This document shows positions 14,424 through 28,859 of a stretch of DNA of 64,000 bases, in pieces. Made by a program: the position numbers and the translations under genes. Position 1 is the stretch's first letter. Every line of letters starts with the position of its first letter. The notes beneath the pieces are model-generated. The model was not told the DNA's origin. It saw only the letters and a list, made by a program, of their open reading frames with translations, and ran no database searches. Source of the DNA: Eledone cirrhosa (lineage: Eukaryota). Location of the stretch: NCBI GenBank assembly GCA_964016885.1, contig OZ024747.1, positions 17,484,001-17,548,000 on the forward strand. Reading direction: 5' to 3'.

Positions 14424-15105
14424 TAGCAACTAACAGCGCTGCGATCGCATGTGGCTTTCTAGCCCAGCCAATGATCTAAAATGTCTTGCACAGAGTCGGC
14501 AACCAAAACATTCACTGGGAATAGTCGGCTGTGGTTGGAGTTCGTGTACTTTTGCATGTCGCTTGAAATCTCCTGCTGATTTACATTCTCTACCACATGT
14601 TTGGCAAGCATGATGAGTAGCATCTCCAACAGCAGCCTGGTAGTCAACCACTGGTCTTACTTTATGACTGCGAAGATGACTTTCGAGTCCAGCTTTGCTT
14701 AGGCAGAGTCTCGCACATACGCTGCATGTCAGCACCATAGGAGGACCCTCGCCGTCTGGAAGTGCAACAGCAATGCCCTTCCTCACATCCCGCTTTACTT
14801 TCTCGTATGCGATTCGAGATGCCTCAAAAGCAACTTTTCCCTCATATACAATCTTTCTCCATTTATTACGACAGCAGCAATATTCTCCCATGTATCAGCA
14901 GAGATGTTAGCGTCTTTCAGAGAGGCTTTCAAGGAATCCTTATACCTCTTTTTTGGTTTATGTGGCGGTCGTTTTCCTTTAACCAACTCTCCATAGAAGA
15001 GTTGTTTTGGTATTCTAGAATCCTTCATCCTGGCAAGGTGACCACTCCAACGGAGTCGTTGCATAAGCACAAGAGCTTCTATACTGTCACCGATAGAGCT
15101 TTCCA
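14181..15105 (-). mobile_element. RTE (BovB-like) LINE 3' end with three C2H2 zinc fingers and microsatellite-interrupted 3' UTR
   Basis: [29 protein letters not shown]....[14 protein letters not shown]-terminus, frameshift, then three CxxC-x12-H fingers; tail TCGTGCAATGGCCATACTCG..CGAG..GGCAGCCATC(ATGT)n at 14181-14225. Confidence 0.85.
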
Positions 15106-15193
15106 CATACATACATACATATATACATACATATACATATATATATATATATACATACATACATACATACATATACATACAATCATATATACA

Positions 15194-15228
<35 letters not shown>

Positions 15229-15233
<5 letters not shown>

Positions 15234-15333
15234 TGGCTGCCAACTCGTTTTCGAGTTCGGCCACTACTTTATATCCATGTAGGAGAACTCCTACTGATGC
15301 GCTGAACGAGTGTGACTTAGTCCAGCCAGCGAC
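15229..15333 (-). mobile_element. Family B element, 3' stub
   Basis: TGGTGGCTGCCAACTCGTTTTCGAG... matches the other copies. Confidence 0.85.
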
Positions 15334-15365
15334 TATATATATACATATATATATACATACATACA

Positions 15366-15397
<32 letters not shown>

Positions 15398-15479
15398 GAT
15401 ACATATATACATACATACATATATACATACATATATACATACATACATATATACATACATATATACATACATACATATA

Positions 15480-15543
<64 letters not shown>

Positions 15544-15789
15544 CATACATACATATACATACATATAATTTCATACGTCATTCAGACACTTGCACAAGAG
15601 GAAGTGATGATTGAACATCTAAAGTAGAAATATTTCATGGCTTCCATATTTTTTAAATAAGTTTAGTGTTCTTGTTGCTACTGTGTTTTTTTTTGTTTGT
15701 TTTTTTTTATGTGTGTGGGGGGGGGGGGTTTACTATGATTTTTTTAACTTTTGCAGCTGCTTCTCGCAATTTTAGTTGCTTTGTATGCT

Positions 15790-18610
15790 GTTATTATTGT
15801 TGTTACATTGTTGCAGTTGCTGTTATTATTGTTGTTACATTGTTGCAGTTGCTGTTATTATTGTTGTTACATTGTTGCAGTTGCTGTTGTTATTGTTGTT
15901 ACATTGTTGCAGTTGTTATTATTGTTGTTACATTATTGCAGTTGCTGTTGTTATTAGTGTTGTTACATTGTTGCAGTTGCTGTTGTTATTATTGTTGTTA
16001 CATTGTTGCAGTTGTTATTATTGTTACATTGTTGCAGTTGCTGTTGTTGTTATTGTTGTTACATTGTTGCAGTTGTTATTATTGTTGTTACATTGCAGTT
16101 GCTTTTGTTATTAGTGTTGTTACATTGTTGCAGTTGCTGTTGTTATTATTGTTGTTACATTGTTGCAGTTGTTATTATTGTTACATTGTTGCAGTTGCTG
16201 TTGTTGTTATTGTTGTTACATTGTTGCAGTTGCTGTTGTTATTGTTGTTACATTGTTGCAGTTGCTGTTGTTATTACATTGTTGCAGTTGCTGTTATTAT
16301 TATTGTTGTTACATTGCAGTTGCTGTTGTTGTTATTGTTGTTACATTGTTGCAGTTGTTATTATTGTTGTTACATTGTTGCAGTTGCTGTTATTATTGTT
16401 GTTACATTGCAGTTGCTGTTGTTATTAGTGTTGTTACATCGTTGCGGTTGCTGTTGTTGTTACATTGCAGTTGCTGTTATTATTGTTGTTACATTGTTGC
16501 AGTTGCTGTTATTATTGTTGTTACATTGTTGCAGTTGCTGTTGTTATTATTGTTGTTACATTGCAGTTGCTGTTGTTATTGTTGTTACATTGTTGCAGTT
16601 GCTGTTGTTATTATTGTTACATTGTTGCAGTTGCTGTTGTTATTATTGTTGTTACATTGTTGCTGTTGTTGTTATTACATTGTTGCAGTTGCTGTTATTG
16701 TTGTTGCAGTTGCTGTTGTTATTATTGTTGTTACATTGTTGCTGTTGTTGTTATTGTTGTTACATTGTTGCAGTTGCTGTTATTGTTGTTACATTGTTGC
16801 AGTTGCTGTTGTTATTATTGTTACATTGTTGCAGTTGCTGTTGTTATTAGTGTTGTTACATTGTTGCAGTTGCTGTTGTTATTATTGTTGTTACATTGTT
16901 GCTGTTGTTGTTATTGTTGTTACATTGTTGCAGTTGCTGTTATTGTTGTTACATTGTTGCAGTTGCTGTTGTTATTAGTGTTGTTACATTGTTGCAGTTG
17001 CTGTTGTTATTATTGTTGTTACATTGTTGCAGTTGCTGTTGTTATTAGTGTTGTTACATTGTTGCAGTTGCTGTTGTTATTATTGTTGTTACATTGTTGC
17101 AGTTGCTGTTGTTGTTACATTGCAGTTGCTGTTATTATTGTTGTTACATTGTTGCAGTTGCTGTTGTTATTGTTGTTACATTGTTGCAGTTATTGTTGTT
17201 ACATTGTTGCAGTTGTTATTATTGTTGTTACATTGCAGTTGCTGTTGTTATTAGTGTTGTTACATTGTTGCAGTTGCTGTTGTTATTATTGTTGTTACAT
17301 TGCAGTTGCTGTTATTATTGTTGTTACATTGTTGCAGTTGCTGTTGTTATTGTTGTTACATTGTTGCAGTTGTTATTGTTGTTACATTGTTGCAGTTGTT
17401 ATTATTATTGTTACATTGCAGTTGCTGTTGTTATTATTGTTGTTACATTGTTGCAGTTGTTATTATTGTTACATTGTTGCAGTTGCTGTTGTTGTTATTG
17501 TTGTTACATTGTTGCAGTTGTTATTATTGTTGTTACATTGCAGTTGCTGTTGTTATTAGTGTTGTTACATTGTTGCAGTTGCTGTTGTTATTATTGTTGT
17601 TACATTGTTGCTGTTGTTGTTATTGTTGTTACATTGTTGCAGTTGTTATTGTTGTTACATTGTTGCAGTTGCTGTTGCTGTTATTGTTGTTACATTGTTG
17701 CAGTTGCTGTTGTTATTAGTGTTGTTACATTGTTGCAGTTGCTGTTGTTATTATTGTTGTTACATTGTTGCAGTTGTTATTATTGTTGTTACATTGTTGC
17801 AGTTGCTGTTGTTATTAGTGTTGTTACATTGTTGCAGTTGCTGTTGTTATTATTGTTGTTACATTGTTGCAGTTGCTGTTGTTATTATTGTTGTTACATT
17901 GTTGCAGTTGTTATTATTGTTACATTGTTGCAGTTGCTGTTGTTGTTATTGTTGTTACATTGTTGCAGTTGTTATTATTGTTGTTACATTGCAGTTGCTG
18001 CTGTTATTAGTGTTGTTACATTGTTGCAGTTGCTGTTGTTATTATTGTTGTTACATTGTTGCAGTTGTTGTTATTGTTGTTACATTGTTGCAGTTGCTGT
18101 TGCTGTTATTGTTGTTACATTGTTGCAGTTGCTGTTGTTATTAGTGTTGTTACATTGTTGCAGTTGCTGTTGTTATTATTGTTGTTACATTGTTGCAGTT
18201 GTTATTATTGTTGTTACATTGTTGCAGTTGCTGTTGTTATTAGTGTTGTTACATTGTTGCAGTTGCTGTTGTTGTTACATTGCAGTTGCTGTTATTATTG
18301 TTGTTACATTGTTGCAGTTGCTGTTATTATTGTTGTTACATTGTTGCAGTTGCTGTTGTTATTGTTGTTACATTGTTGCAGTTGTTATTGTTGTTACATT
18401 GTTGCAGTTGCTGCTGTTATTGTTACATTGTTGCAGTTGCTGTTATTATTGTTGTTACATTGTTGCAGTTGCTGTTATTATTGTTGTTACATTGCAGTTG
18501 CTGTTGCTGTTGTTGTTGCTACATTGTTGCAGTTGCTGTTGTTGTTATTGTTGTTACATTGTTGCCGTTGCTGTTGTTGTTATTGTTGTTACATTGTTGC
18601 AGTTGCTGTT
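15790..18610. repeat. ~2.8 kb minisatellite with GTTACATT(GTT)GCAGTT core and variable GTT/ATT/GCT spacer
   Basis: Roughly 25-35 bp units; the overlapping Cys/Leu/Val ORFs are repeat translations. Confidence 0.95.
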
Positions 18611-19300
18611 GCTGTTGCTGTTGTTGCTGTTGTTATTAATGATGATGGTGATGATGATGATGATAATGATGATCATGTCGATGATCATGGCGTCAAAGAC
18701 GATGACGATGATAGGAGGAGGAGGAGGAGGGGAGATGTGATATACGATGATGACGATGACCATGACGATGACGACGATAATCATGATCATGATCATGACG
18801 ATGGCGATGGCGATGACGATGGCAATTGTTTCCAACTGATATGTTGTTTTCTTTATTTCGTGTATATGACTTTATGCAGCACTTTTTAAAGATTTCTCTC
18901 TGTTGTATCTTAGTGTTGTTGATGTTGTTGTTGTTGTTGCTGCTGTTTCTTTTGCTATTCATATTGGTGATTCGCGTTTAGTATTGTAATTCAATTGTTG
19001 TTAGTGTTGTTGCTGGTGGTGGTTGTGGTGGTGGTGGTGGTGGTGGTGGCGATGGTAATGGTTTTGGTGTTGGTGGTGGTGGTGATGGTGGTGTTGGGGA
19101 GGTGGTATTGGTGTAGGTGGTGGTGGTGCTGAGGTGGTATTGGTGGAGGTGGTTTTGGTGGTGGTGGTGGTGGTGGTGGTGGTGGTGATGATGGTGGTGT
19201 TAGTGGTGTTGGTGGAGGTGGTATTGGTGGTGGTGATGGTAGTGTTGGTGGAGGTGGTATTGGTGGTGGTATTGGTGGTGGTGGTGGTCTTATTGTTGTA
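18610..19300. repeat. (GAT)n and (GGT)n low-complexity tracts
   Basis: Directly visible. Confidence 0.85.
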
Positions 19301-21050
19301 ATGTATCGTTCTATGGCAATGTTTGTAGTTAACATATTCTTTGAAGGAGAAAACGACGGAAAAGAAAAAATAAACAATTATAAAAATAAACATTTATAAG
19401 AAAATACTTTTAAGAACAACATCAAGAGCAAAGGCAACAACAACAACACCAATAACGACAGCAGTAGTAACAACAACAGCAACGACAACAGCAATAACAA
19501 CAAAGACAGCAACAACAGTAGCGAAATACCTAATAATGATGATAAAACAACGAACAGGAAAGATTTAATGAAAGGCAGATAAGTTTTTAATAAAAGTTTG
19601 AATGAATGAAATGACGAATTTGAAGATCAAAAGAGAAAACAAAATTTAAAAAGAAATAATGGAATTTGTCGATAACTTATTTTAAAATGATGCAGTTTAC
19701 TTGTTTTGTTTTTGCTAGAATTATTTTGTTTGTTTATTTCTGTTTTTAAAAGAAAATGAACAATTTTCTGATAAAAAAAAAAAATGGACGTGTCGTGTTG
19801 AAAACGTTCTTCATAGTAGAATATCTCGTTTACTGTTTGTTACAAAGAAATATAATATTGATTTCTATCTTTGACACAGAAAATCAAATTTGTAAGGAAA
19901 CTGTGCAGTTGTTTGGCTCTACTCGTGTATTTTACTGGTACCATACACACGTAACTTATTAGATAAAGAAGGAATATTTCAGATAATATAATACTGAATT
20001 TACAGTCGCCAATGCGTAAAATAAACTAAATAAATTAAATAAAATCAAAGTTCATAGATTACTAGTTAGAGTGCTAGACGCACGATAGTAAGTCCTTGAG
20101 CAATACACGATTTATATAGCTATCTCTAGAACAGCGTCCTTACAATTTAAAGAAAAGACTTGTATGTGTAGGTGACTGTTGGTCCTCTACAAAACACCTT
20201 ACCTCGTGGAGGTAAAACCATGGTCTCTCAATCATCGCATTATAAACCATATCTAGTTATAACCGAAAGGAACCCTTTCTATTGTTGTTGTTAAATAACA
20301 TTTACGAAAGTCACAATGTTCGATAAACCTTTTCATTTCAATTTCAAATAGACTAGAGAACTGTCAGTGACTATTACAAGGTCTCGGATATGGTTTGCCT
20401 ATTAAGAAAAGTCACACCAAGCAATTATGTATTTCCCAGAATGGTTACCTCGTTCGTATGTTTGCAGCTCTCGGGTAAGGTCACTTCTAGAGACAGGTGT
20501 CACATTCGAAGATGGCGATTAATTACATCAACCACCCATGGACATTTACAACTACTTGCCAGCTAATGAGGCACTTCGTAATCGCTTTACCTGTTAAATA
20601 TAGCAAACAAATCTCCTTCGAATATCACCTTTAAAAATGGTACGCAGTATAATATGGTACTGAAATCCTTGTACATATAGCATATGGGATGAACACGGCT
20701 GAAACTAGATGTTAGCTCAGCTTGACAAGTACTAACCAGGTGGTTGAAAAACAATGGTGACAACAATATAGTGCGTTCAACAAGAAATCCTAAATGTGGC
20801 CTCTCAATTCATTTGAAATATCTGTCAAATATTCCACAAAGCACACTAAGTCTGTTATTGAAGTCCTGAGTACAATTGTTACGCTTTCTCTTTCGAAGCA
20901 GTGTGGAATCTGCGTTTGAAAATCATATACTTAAAACATTCCAGCGCGTCTCGTTTCTAATCTCAAAATAGAGACAGATGGTGTAGCCATTTCTGTTGTT
21001 TATGTGATCTGTGTATACAAATTCATACACATCCATACACATACGTGTGC

Positions 21051-21104
<54 letters not shown>

Positions 21105-21145
21105 GCATGTGTATGGATGTGTATGAATTTGTATATACATATATA

Positions 21146-21184
<39 letters not shown>

Positions 21185-21759
21185 TTATATATATACATAC
21201 ACACACATATATATATATATAGTTATTTATTTATTTATTTTTATATATATATAATCATGTATAAATAGATATGTGTGTACGTTTGTATGTGTTTGTATGC
21301 GTTCGTGTCTCTGTATGGATATGTTTTTTGTGCTCCTATGCATACTTAAAAATATTTGTGTATGTATACACTATTCACCGGCGTTTACCTCAAGTTGAAA
21401 TGGATTATCTTCTTACAACATCCTACTTAATCAATACAGCAAGCTTTACACTGCTTGTCACGTATAACTACTTAACCCATAATTCCAGTGAAACCTACCT
21501 TATCACATCGTATTGCAATCTACAGGAACAAGTTTCAACTTAAGCGAAAACAAAACAGAAAAACATAAGGATGAAAATAGAAATAAATTTACGCAGGAAA
21601 CTCGAGGAATATAAAAAGGAAACATCATAAAAAGTGTGATTTACAATAGCTAGACAACAGGATCAATTAAAGTGTGAAAATACTCAGGACTTATTTCCCA
21701 TCATATTCGTGACTTTGCATTCTTACAATTTTACTGGTCGATGTATTTTATATATATAA

Positions 21760-21960
21760 GGTCGATGAGGTTAACTTTGCCTTTCATCCTTACGGAGGTC
21801 GATAAAATAAAGTACCAGTAATGCACTGGTTAATTGCTGGCCTTGTGCCAAACGTAGAAACAATTATATATATAAGGCGGCGAATTGGCAGAGTCGTTTG
21901 GACGTCGGTTAGAAGACCTAACGGTATTCATCACGGCTCCCTGCTGCCTGAGTTCAAATG
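21760..21960 (+). mobile_element. SINE fragments (3' half, then a tRNA-like head)
   Basis: SINE core at 21770-21865; GGCGGCGAATTGGCAGAGTCG...GAGTTCAAAT at 21876-21959. Confidence 0.65.
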
Positions 21961-21999
<39 letters not shown>

Positions 22000-22660
22000 A
22001 GGGGCGGTATTTGTATGTATGCAAAACGTAAACGGAAACAACAAAGCAAACAACACAATGCAATGAAGAAATGTATTAGATTAACGATTGATATAGTACG
22101 AAAATATTCTTTAGGTTTCGGACATTAGTCTTTCTCCAGAAGATTGAATGAGAAATGAAATATGAAATAGAATGATAGAGAGTGAAAAGAGGAAGAAACG
22201 GAAAAAAATTGCGAAAATAGCGAAATATATATATATATATTGTTATACTTGGGGAGGGTCATGTTGTTGTAATAATATTGCCAGAAATAATAACAGAACA
22301 CACTCACTGTTTGGTTGGTTTTCGCTTCTGTATCTTTTATATATCCATAGTTAATTTATTTGGCAATCAACTTTTATCATTGATTGACCAACGGTTAAAG
22401 AAATACAGATATAAATATATATATATAGTCTATCAAAGTTCTTTCGTTGCACATCTGCAACATCATCAGTGATATTATTATTATGTTCCCTCCTATTGTA
22501 TTTAAGTTTAAGCAAAGAATCGGTGCTTTTACCCTTAACCTGATCTTCTGAAACTAATCTTATTTTAATAAATATTTGCTCTACGGTTTTTATTAATGTA
22601 TATATATATATTATCCTTATTGAGCCCTCTTCGGATTTTATTCTTCACATTTATTATTAT

Positions 22661-22715
<55 letters not shown>

Positions 22716-22718
<3 letters not shown>

Positions 22719-22817
22719 GGTGTCCTCGCAAAAATGTATGCATAGTTCAACAGCATTCTAATAAATATTCCCAGTATAGATAATCAAAATGTGTGTACAT
22801 TTTTGGGGACATCCTCG
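22716..22817. mobile_element. Tc1/mariner-derived MITE
   Basis: Imperfect TIRs CAGGGTGTCCTCGCAAAAATGTATGCA / TGTGTACATTTTTGGGGACATCCTCG with TA on both sides. Confidence 0.6.
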
Positions 22818-22998
<181 letters not shown>

Positions 22999-23816
22999 AA
23001 ATTACGTATTTCTAAAGAAACACGGTAATATATATATATATATATATATTAGTAATTACTCTCAGATACACATATTTAACTTTATTTAGTTTATTGCACG
23101 ACAATGTCGAATTTTTAAATAATTTCAACCACATGCGCATATTACAAAACCAAAACCAAAATTTACGCTCTTGTTTTTTGTATTATTTCTATCAAGCCCA
23201 TATTACTTTCGATTTGCAGAGTGTAAAAAGTATCAGCTAGAATTGCAATTTTATGTATGTTCTATATATATCGTAGCTCATAGGAAGTGTAATATATAAC
23301 ATAGGATACCATCGATTTACATGCACGAATGCCCAATACATTGAAGCTACTTACAGACTTTAATTGGACGGCAATACTGCATTCTATCATTCTATACGAG
23401 ACTTCATTTCCTGTCTCCTTATTAATTTGAGATGTAAATATTCCTACTACCCCTCCATATAATACTTCTCCTTTTCACACTTATCTCTCATTAATCACCC
23501 CCCCCCCCCCATCTCTCTCTCCGCCTCTGACTCTCTGTCTCTATCTTTCTTTCTACTATGTATCTTTCGAGGACAATCCTAAAATCGTTTCCCAAGTGCT
23601 GTATATATCATGTTTCCACTGTTAAACCGAAACGACCACGATGTGTATCATACATTCTAACATTGAAGAATACACTTTGACTATGTTATGTATATTTATA
23701 TATATATCGAGTCACAAATACACAGACACACACACATCCTACGCACAAATATATTCTTATATATATAGTGCTCCCATACATACGTATATGCATATTTATG
23801 TATCTATGTATCTATG

Positions 23817-24080
23817 AATGCTGTCGGAGATGCTGCTCATTATACTTGCCAAGTATGTGGAAGAGAGTGTAGATCAGCAGGAGGGCTCAAACGACATGCA
23901 AAAGTACATGAAGTCCAGCCACAGCCGGCTATTGCCAGTGGTTGCCAACTCTGTGCAAGACATTTTAGAACATTGACTTGGTTAAAAAGCCATTTGATAG
24001 CAACACCTTTAGTTATTAATATATATGTGTGTTCTTTTTTTTTTCGTGCAATGACCATACTCGATAATGAGAGGCAGTCA
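23817..24080 (+). mobile_element. Second RTE zinc-finger 3' end (same family as 14181-15105)
   Basis: AVGDAAHYTCQVCGRECRSAGGLKRHAKVH...CQLCARHFRTL..LKSH, then tail TCGTGCAATGACCATACTCGATAATGAG. Confidence 0.8.
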
Positions 24081-24120
24081 AAAAACGAGGAGCCGTGCTT
24101 ATATATATATATATATAAAT

Positions 24121-24325
24121 ATAGTATAAAAGTTTTAATATAGATGAGATTCTACAGGACTGTTTCATACTTGAGAAAGCATCAGATCCCTGATGATTTC
24201 TCAAGAATGAAACAGTTCTAGACCTGTAGAATCTCTTCTATATTAAAACTTTTATACTATGTTTTGAGTACCTTACTTACTGGGGTTACCTCCGAATCAA
24301 CCCGGAATAACCATGCGCCTTCACT
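24121..24325. mobile_element. Penelope-like inverted pLTR stub with partial hammerhead cores
   Basis: Inverted repeat 24121-24260; CTGATGA (24190) ...GAAACAGT at the apex; (TA)n flanks. Confidence 0.6.
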
Positions 24326-24329
24326 ATAT

Positions 24330-25718
24330 ACTTAAATATATATATATATATATATACTTACATATATATATACACATATATATACTTACATATATATATA
24401 CATATATATATACACATATATATATACATATATATATACACATATATATACTTACATATATATATACACATATATATACTTACATATATATATATACACA
24501 TATATATACTTACATATATATATATACACATATATATACTTACATATATATATATACACATATATATACTTACATATATATATATACACATATATATACT
24601 TACATATATATATACACATATATATACTTACATATATATATACACATATATATACTTACATATATATATACACATATATATACTTACATATATATATATA
24701 TACACATATATATACTTACATATATATATATATACACATATATATACTTACATATATATATACACATATATATACTTACATATATATATATATACACATA
24801 TATATACTTACATATATATATACACATATATATACTTACATATATACTTACATATATATACTTACATATATACATATATATATACATATATATATATACT
24901 TACAAATATATATACATATATATATACACATATATATACTTACATATATACACATATATATACTTACATATATATATACATATACACATATATATACTTA
25001 CACATATATATACATATATATGCACATATATATACTTACATATATATATACATATACATATATATATATACATATATATACTTACATATATATTTATATA
25101 TATATACATATATATACTTACATATATATATATATACATATATATACTTACATATATATATATATACATATATATACTTACAGATATATATATATACATA
25201 TATATACTTACATATATATATATATACATATATATACTTACATATATATATATATACATATATATACTTACATATATATATATATACATATATATACTTA
25301 CATATATATATATACATATATATACTTACATATATATATATATACATATATATACTTACATATATATATATACATATATATACTTACATATATATATATA
25401 TACATATATATACTTACATATATATATATATACATATATATACATACATATATATATATATACATATACATATATATACTTACATATATACATATATACA
25501 TATATATACTTACATATATATATATATACATATATATACTGACATATATATATATAGATATATATATACTTACATATATATATATATATATATATATATA
25601 CTTACATATATATATATATATATATATATACTTACATATATATATATATATATATATACTTACATATATATATATATATATATATACTTACATATATATA
25701 TATATATATATATATACT

Positions 25719-25750
<32 letters not shown>

Positions 25751-25777
25751 CTTACATATATATATATATATACTTAC

Positions 25778-25808
<31 letters not shown>

Positions 25809-26058
25809 TATACGTACATATATATATACATATATATACTTACATATATATATACATATATATACTTACATATATATATACATATATATACTTACATATA
25901 TATATACATATATATACTTACATATATATATACATATATATACTTACATATATATATACATATATATACTTACATATATATATACATATATACACTTATA
26001 TATATATATACTTATATATATATATATATATATATACTTATATATATATATATATATA

Positions 26059-26091
<33 letters not shown>

Positions 26092-26170
26092 TTATATATA
26101 CTTATATATATATATATATATACTTATATATATATATATATATATATACTTATATATATATATATATATA

Positions 26171-26203
<33 letters not shown>

Positions 26204-26264
26204 TTATATATACTTATATATATATATATATATACTTATATATATATATATATATATATATATA

Positions 26265-26307
<43 letters not shown>

Positions 26308-26327
26308 TTTATATATATATATATACT

Positions 26328-26367
<40 letters not shown>

Positions 26368-26395
26368 CATATATATACACATACATATATATACC
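24330..26395. repeat. ~2 kb TA-based compound satellite (TA)n-CTTACA
   Basis: Directly visible. Confidence 0.95.
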
Positions 26396-27156
26396 GTAAT
26401 TTTTAATTTTTAACTTTTAATGTATAATTTTCCTCAATTCATTTTTATATTTATCCTCAAAGGCTCTCTAAAATTTTAACTCTTCGAAGGGTCTCTCGGA
26501 AGAAGTTCCTATTGGAAATAGTAAAGGGGCCTTTTCTGAGAGATTTATGGAAGGCCCTCTGAATTAACCTCTAATTGATTAGTTTCTTTCAACCTAGTTT
26601 TCAATTCAGTTTTCTGAATTTTGTAAACGTGATCTCGGGGGAAGAAGGTTTTTTTCTTTGGAAATCCGAGGAATTTTCAAAGATACAACCTAGGCATAAT
26701 AGGTACAATAATCTAAGCAATTTAAGCAATTTAATTAGGGAGCAATTCAAGGAGTTTATCAAGTTGGGCAAGATTAAAGAAAGTGGTAACTAAGAAAATA
26801 CATAAGCAAAAAGACAATAATCCTAAAATGTATCCTTAAGAAGGTACAAGGTAGCTTCCGTGATCTAACCCTGTATTATCACAAAAAAACATTCTAAAAT
26901 TATTAATACAGGATTAGAAATTATTACAAAATCATTACAAAATTATCACAAAATCATTACAAAATTATCAAATCATCACAAAATTACCACAAAATCATTA
27001 CAAAACCATCAAATTATCATAAAATGATCGCAAAATTATTACAAAATGATCATAAAATTATTGCAAAAATATAACAGGATGAACATTACTGGTGACCGTG
27101 TGGGCGCGATATATATATATACATATACATATATATATACATATATATACATATAC

Positions 27157-27188
<32 letters not shown>

Positions 27189-27257
27189 ACATATACATAC
27201 ATATATATATATATATACATATACATACATATATATATATATACATATGCATATATA

Positions 27258-27351
<94 letters not shown>

Positions 27352-27359
27352 AGTATGTA

Positions 27360-27640
27360 GTGGTGGCGCATGGCTTAGTTGTTAGGGCAGTAGGCTTGCA
27401 ATCGAAAGGTTGTCAGTTCAATTCTCGGACCGGGTGATGTGTTGTTTTTTTGAGCAAGACACTTTATTTCACGTTGCCCCAGTTTACTCAATCTGAAAAT
27501 GAGTACCAGCAATAGCTGGAGGTTTAACCCTGCGATGGACTGGCGTCCTGTCCAGGGGGGGGGGGGGGGGTCTTGTACTCTCAGTCGCTTCACGCCATGA
27601 AACCGGGATAAGCACCGGCCAAATGGGCCTTCTGGCTTAA
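27360..27640 (+). mobile_element. tRNA-derived V-SINE-like element
   Basis: A box TGGCTTAGTTG, B box GTTCAATTC, V-domain-like CCTGCGATGGACTGGCGTCCTGTCCAGGG. Confidence 0.7.
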
Positions 27641-27678
27641 GACAAAGAGATGTAAGTATATATGCATATACTTACATA

Positions 27679-27840
27679 CATGGACACACTGGAAGAGGAA
27701 AACCAAGGTTAACGTATGTTGATGCCCTAAGGACAGACACTGGTCTGTTGGAGACGCAGGACATGACAGCGATAATGAGGGAGAGAGACCGCTGGAGAGA
27801 ACTCGTCCATGGAATTTTACCCGCCCTAGATAGATAGATA
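27679..27840 (+). mobile_element. RTE/RTEX-like LINE 3' end with (TAGA)n tail
   Basis: Translation GRGKPRLTYVDALRTDTGL...IMRERDRWRELV. Confidence 0.6.
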
Positions 27841-28085
27841 TATAAGAACGCCTCCTGCGTTTTTGTGCGACTTTCTGCTTCTTGGGCAACTGATATACTC
27901 AACTATTATTATAGTTAACTTCATTGTGACCACAGTAACTCCAAATTTATGATTTCCCAGTGCTGCAGAAGTCAACCAATCTTGTTTGTATATATGCATA
28001 TATATGTGCGTGTGTGTATGTGTGTATATAAATATATACATATATATTTATATATATATGTATATAAACATATATGTATATATAT

Positions 28086-28146
<61 letters not shown>

Positions 28147-28313
28147 TATATATATGCATATATATGTGTGTGTGTGTATGTGTGTATATAAATATATATA
28201 TATATTTATATATATATACAAATATATGTATATATATATGTATATATATATATGTATATATTTATATATATATATACATGTATATATATATGTATATATT
28301 TATATATATATAT

Positions 28314-28371
<58 letters not shown>

Positions 28372-28859
28372 TTATATATATTTTCTTATATATATACATA
28401 TGCGACCAAGTAGACATAAGAATTAAAATCACTGTTACTTTTGATCACTGTGAAAGTGATACAGCTAAATTATAGTCATAAGTCCAATCTTAACTAGTCG
28501 TTTCCTTCGTTTTCTTATCGCAACAACCTCAAATATTTCGTCTTCCGTTTGAATTGCCATTCATCGCACACAAGATTATGTATAAATATATATATATACA
28601 TATGTAGTGGATGTTCATATATATATATATAAATATATATATATAAACCTATAACTTACATGCTTACGTATATATGTCTATGTCTATGTGTGTGTGTGTG
28701 CGTGTATATATATATATACACGCACACACACACACATAGACATAGACATATATACGTAAGCATGTAAGTTATAGGTTTATATATATATATATATATATAT
28801 ATAAACCTATAACTTACATGCTTACGTATATATGTCTATGTCTATGTGTGTGTGTGTGC

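Noticed and set aside
14430-14891. Host C2H2 zinc-finger transcription factor gene
   Set aside because: Contiguous with the RTE C-terminus and tail, lacks TGEKP linkers, and is repeated at 23817
15666-18889. Long Cys/Leu/Val-rich ORFs resembling metallothionein- or keratin-associated proteins
   Set aside because: The same peptide appears in all three frames; it is a minisatellite
27365-27440. tRNA gene
   Set aside because: A/B boxes are present but the cloverleaf is degenerate and runs into a SINE body
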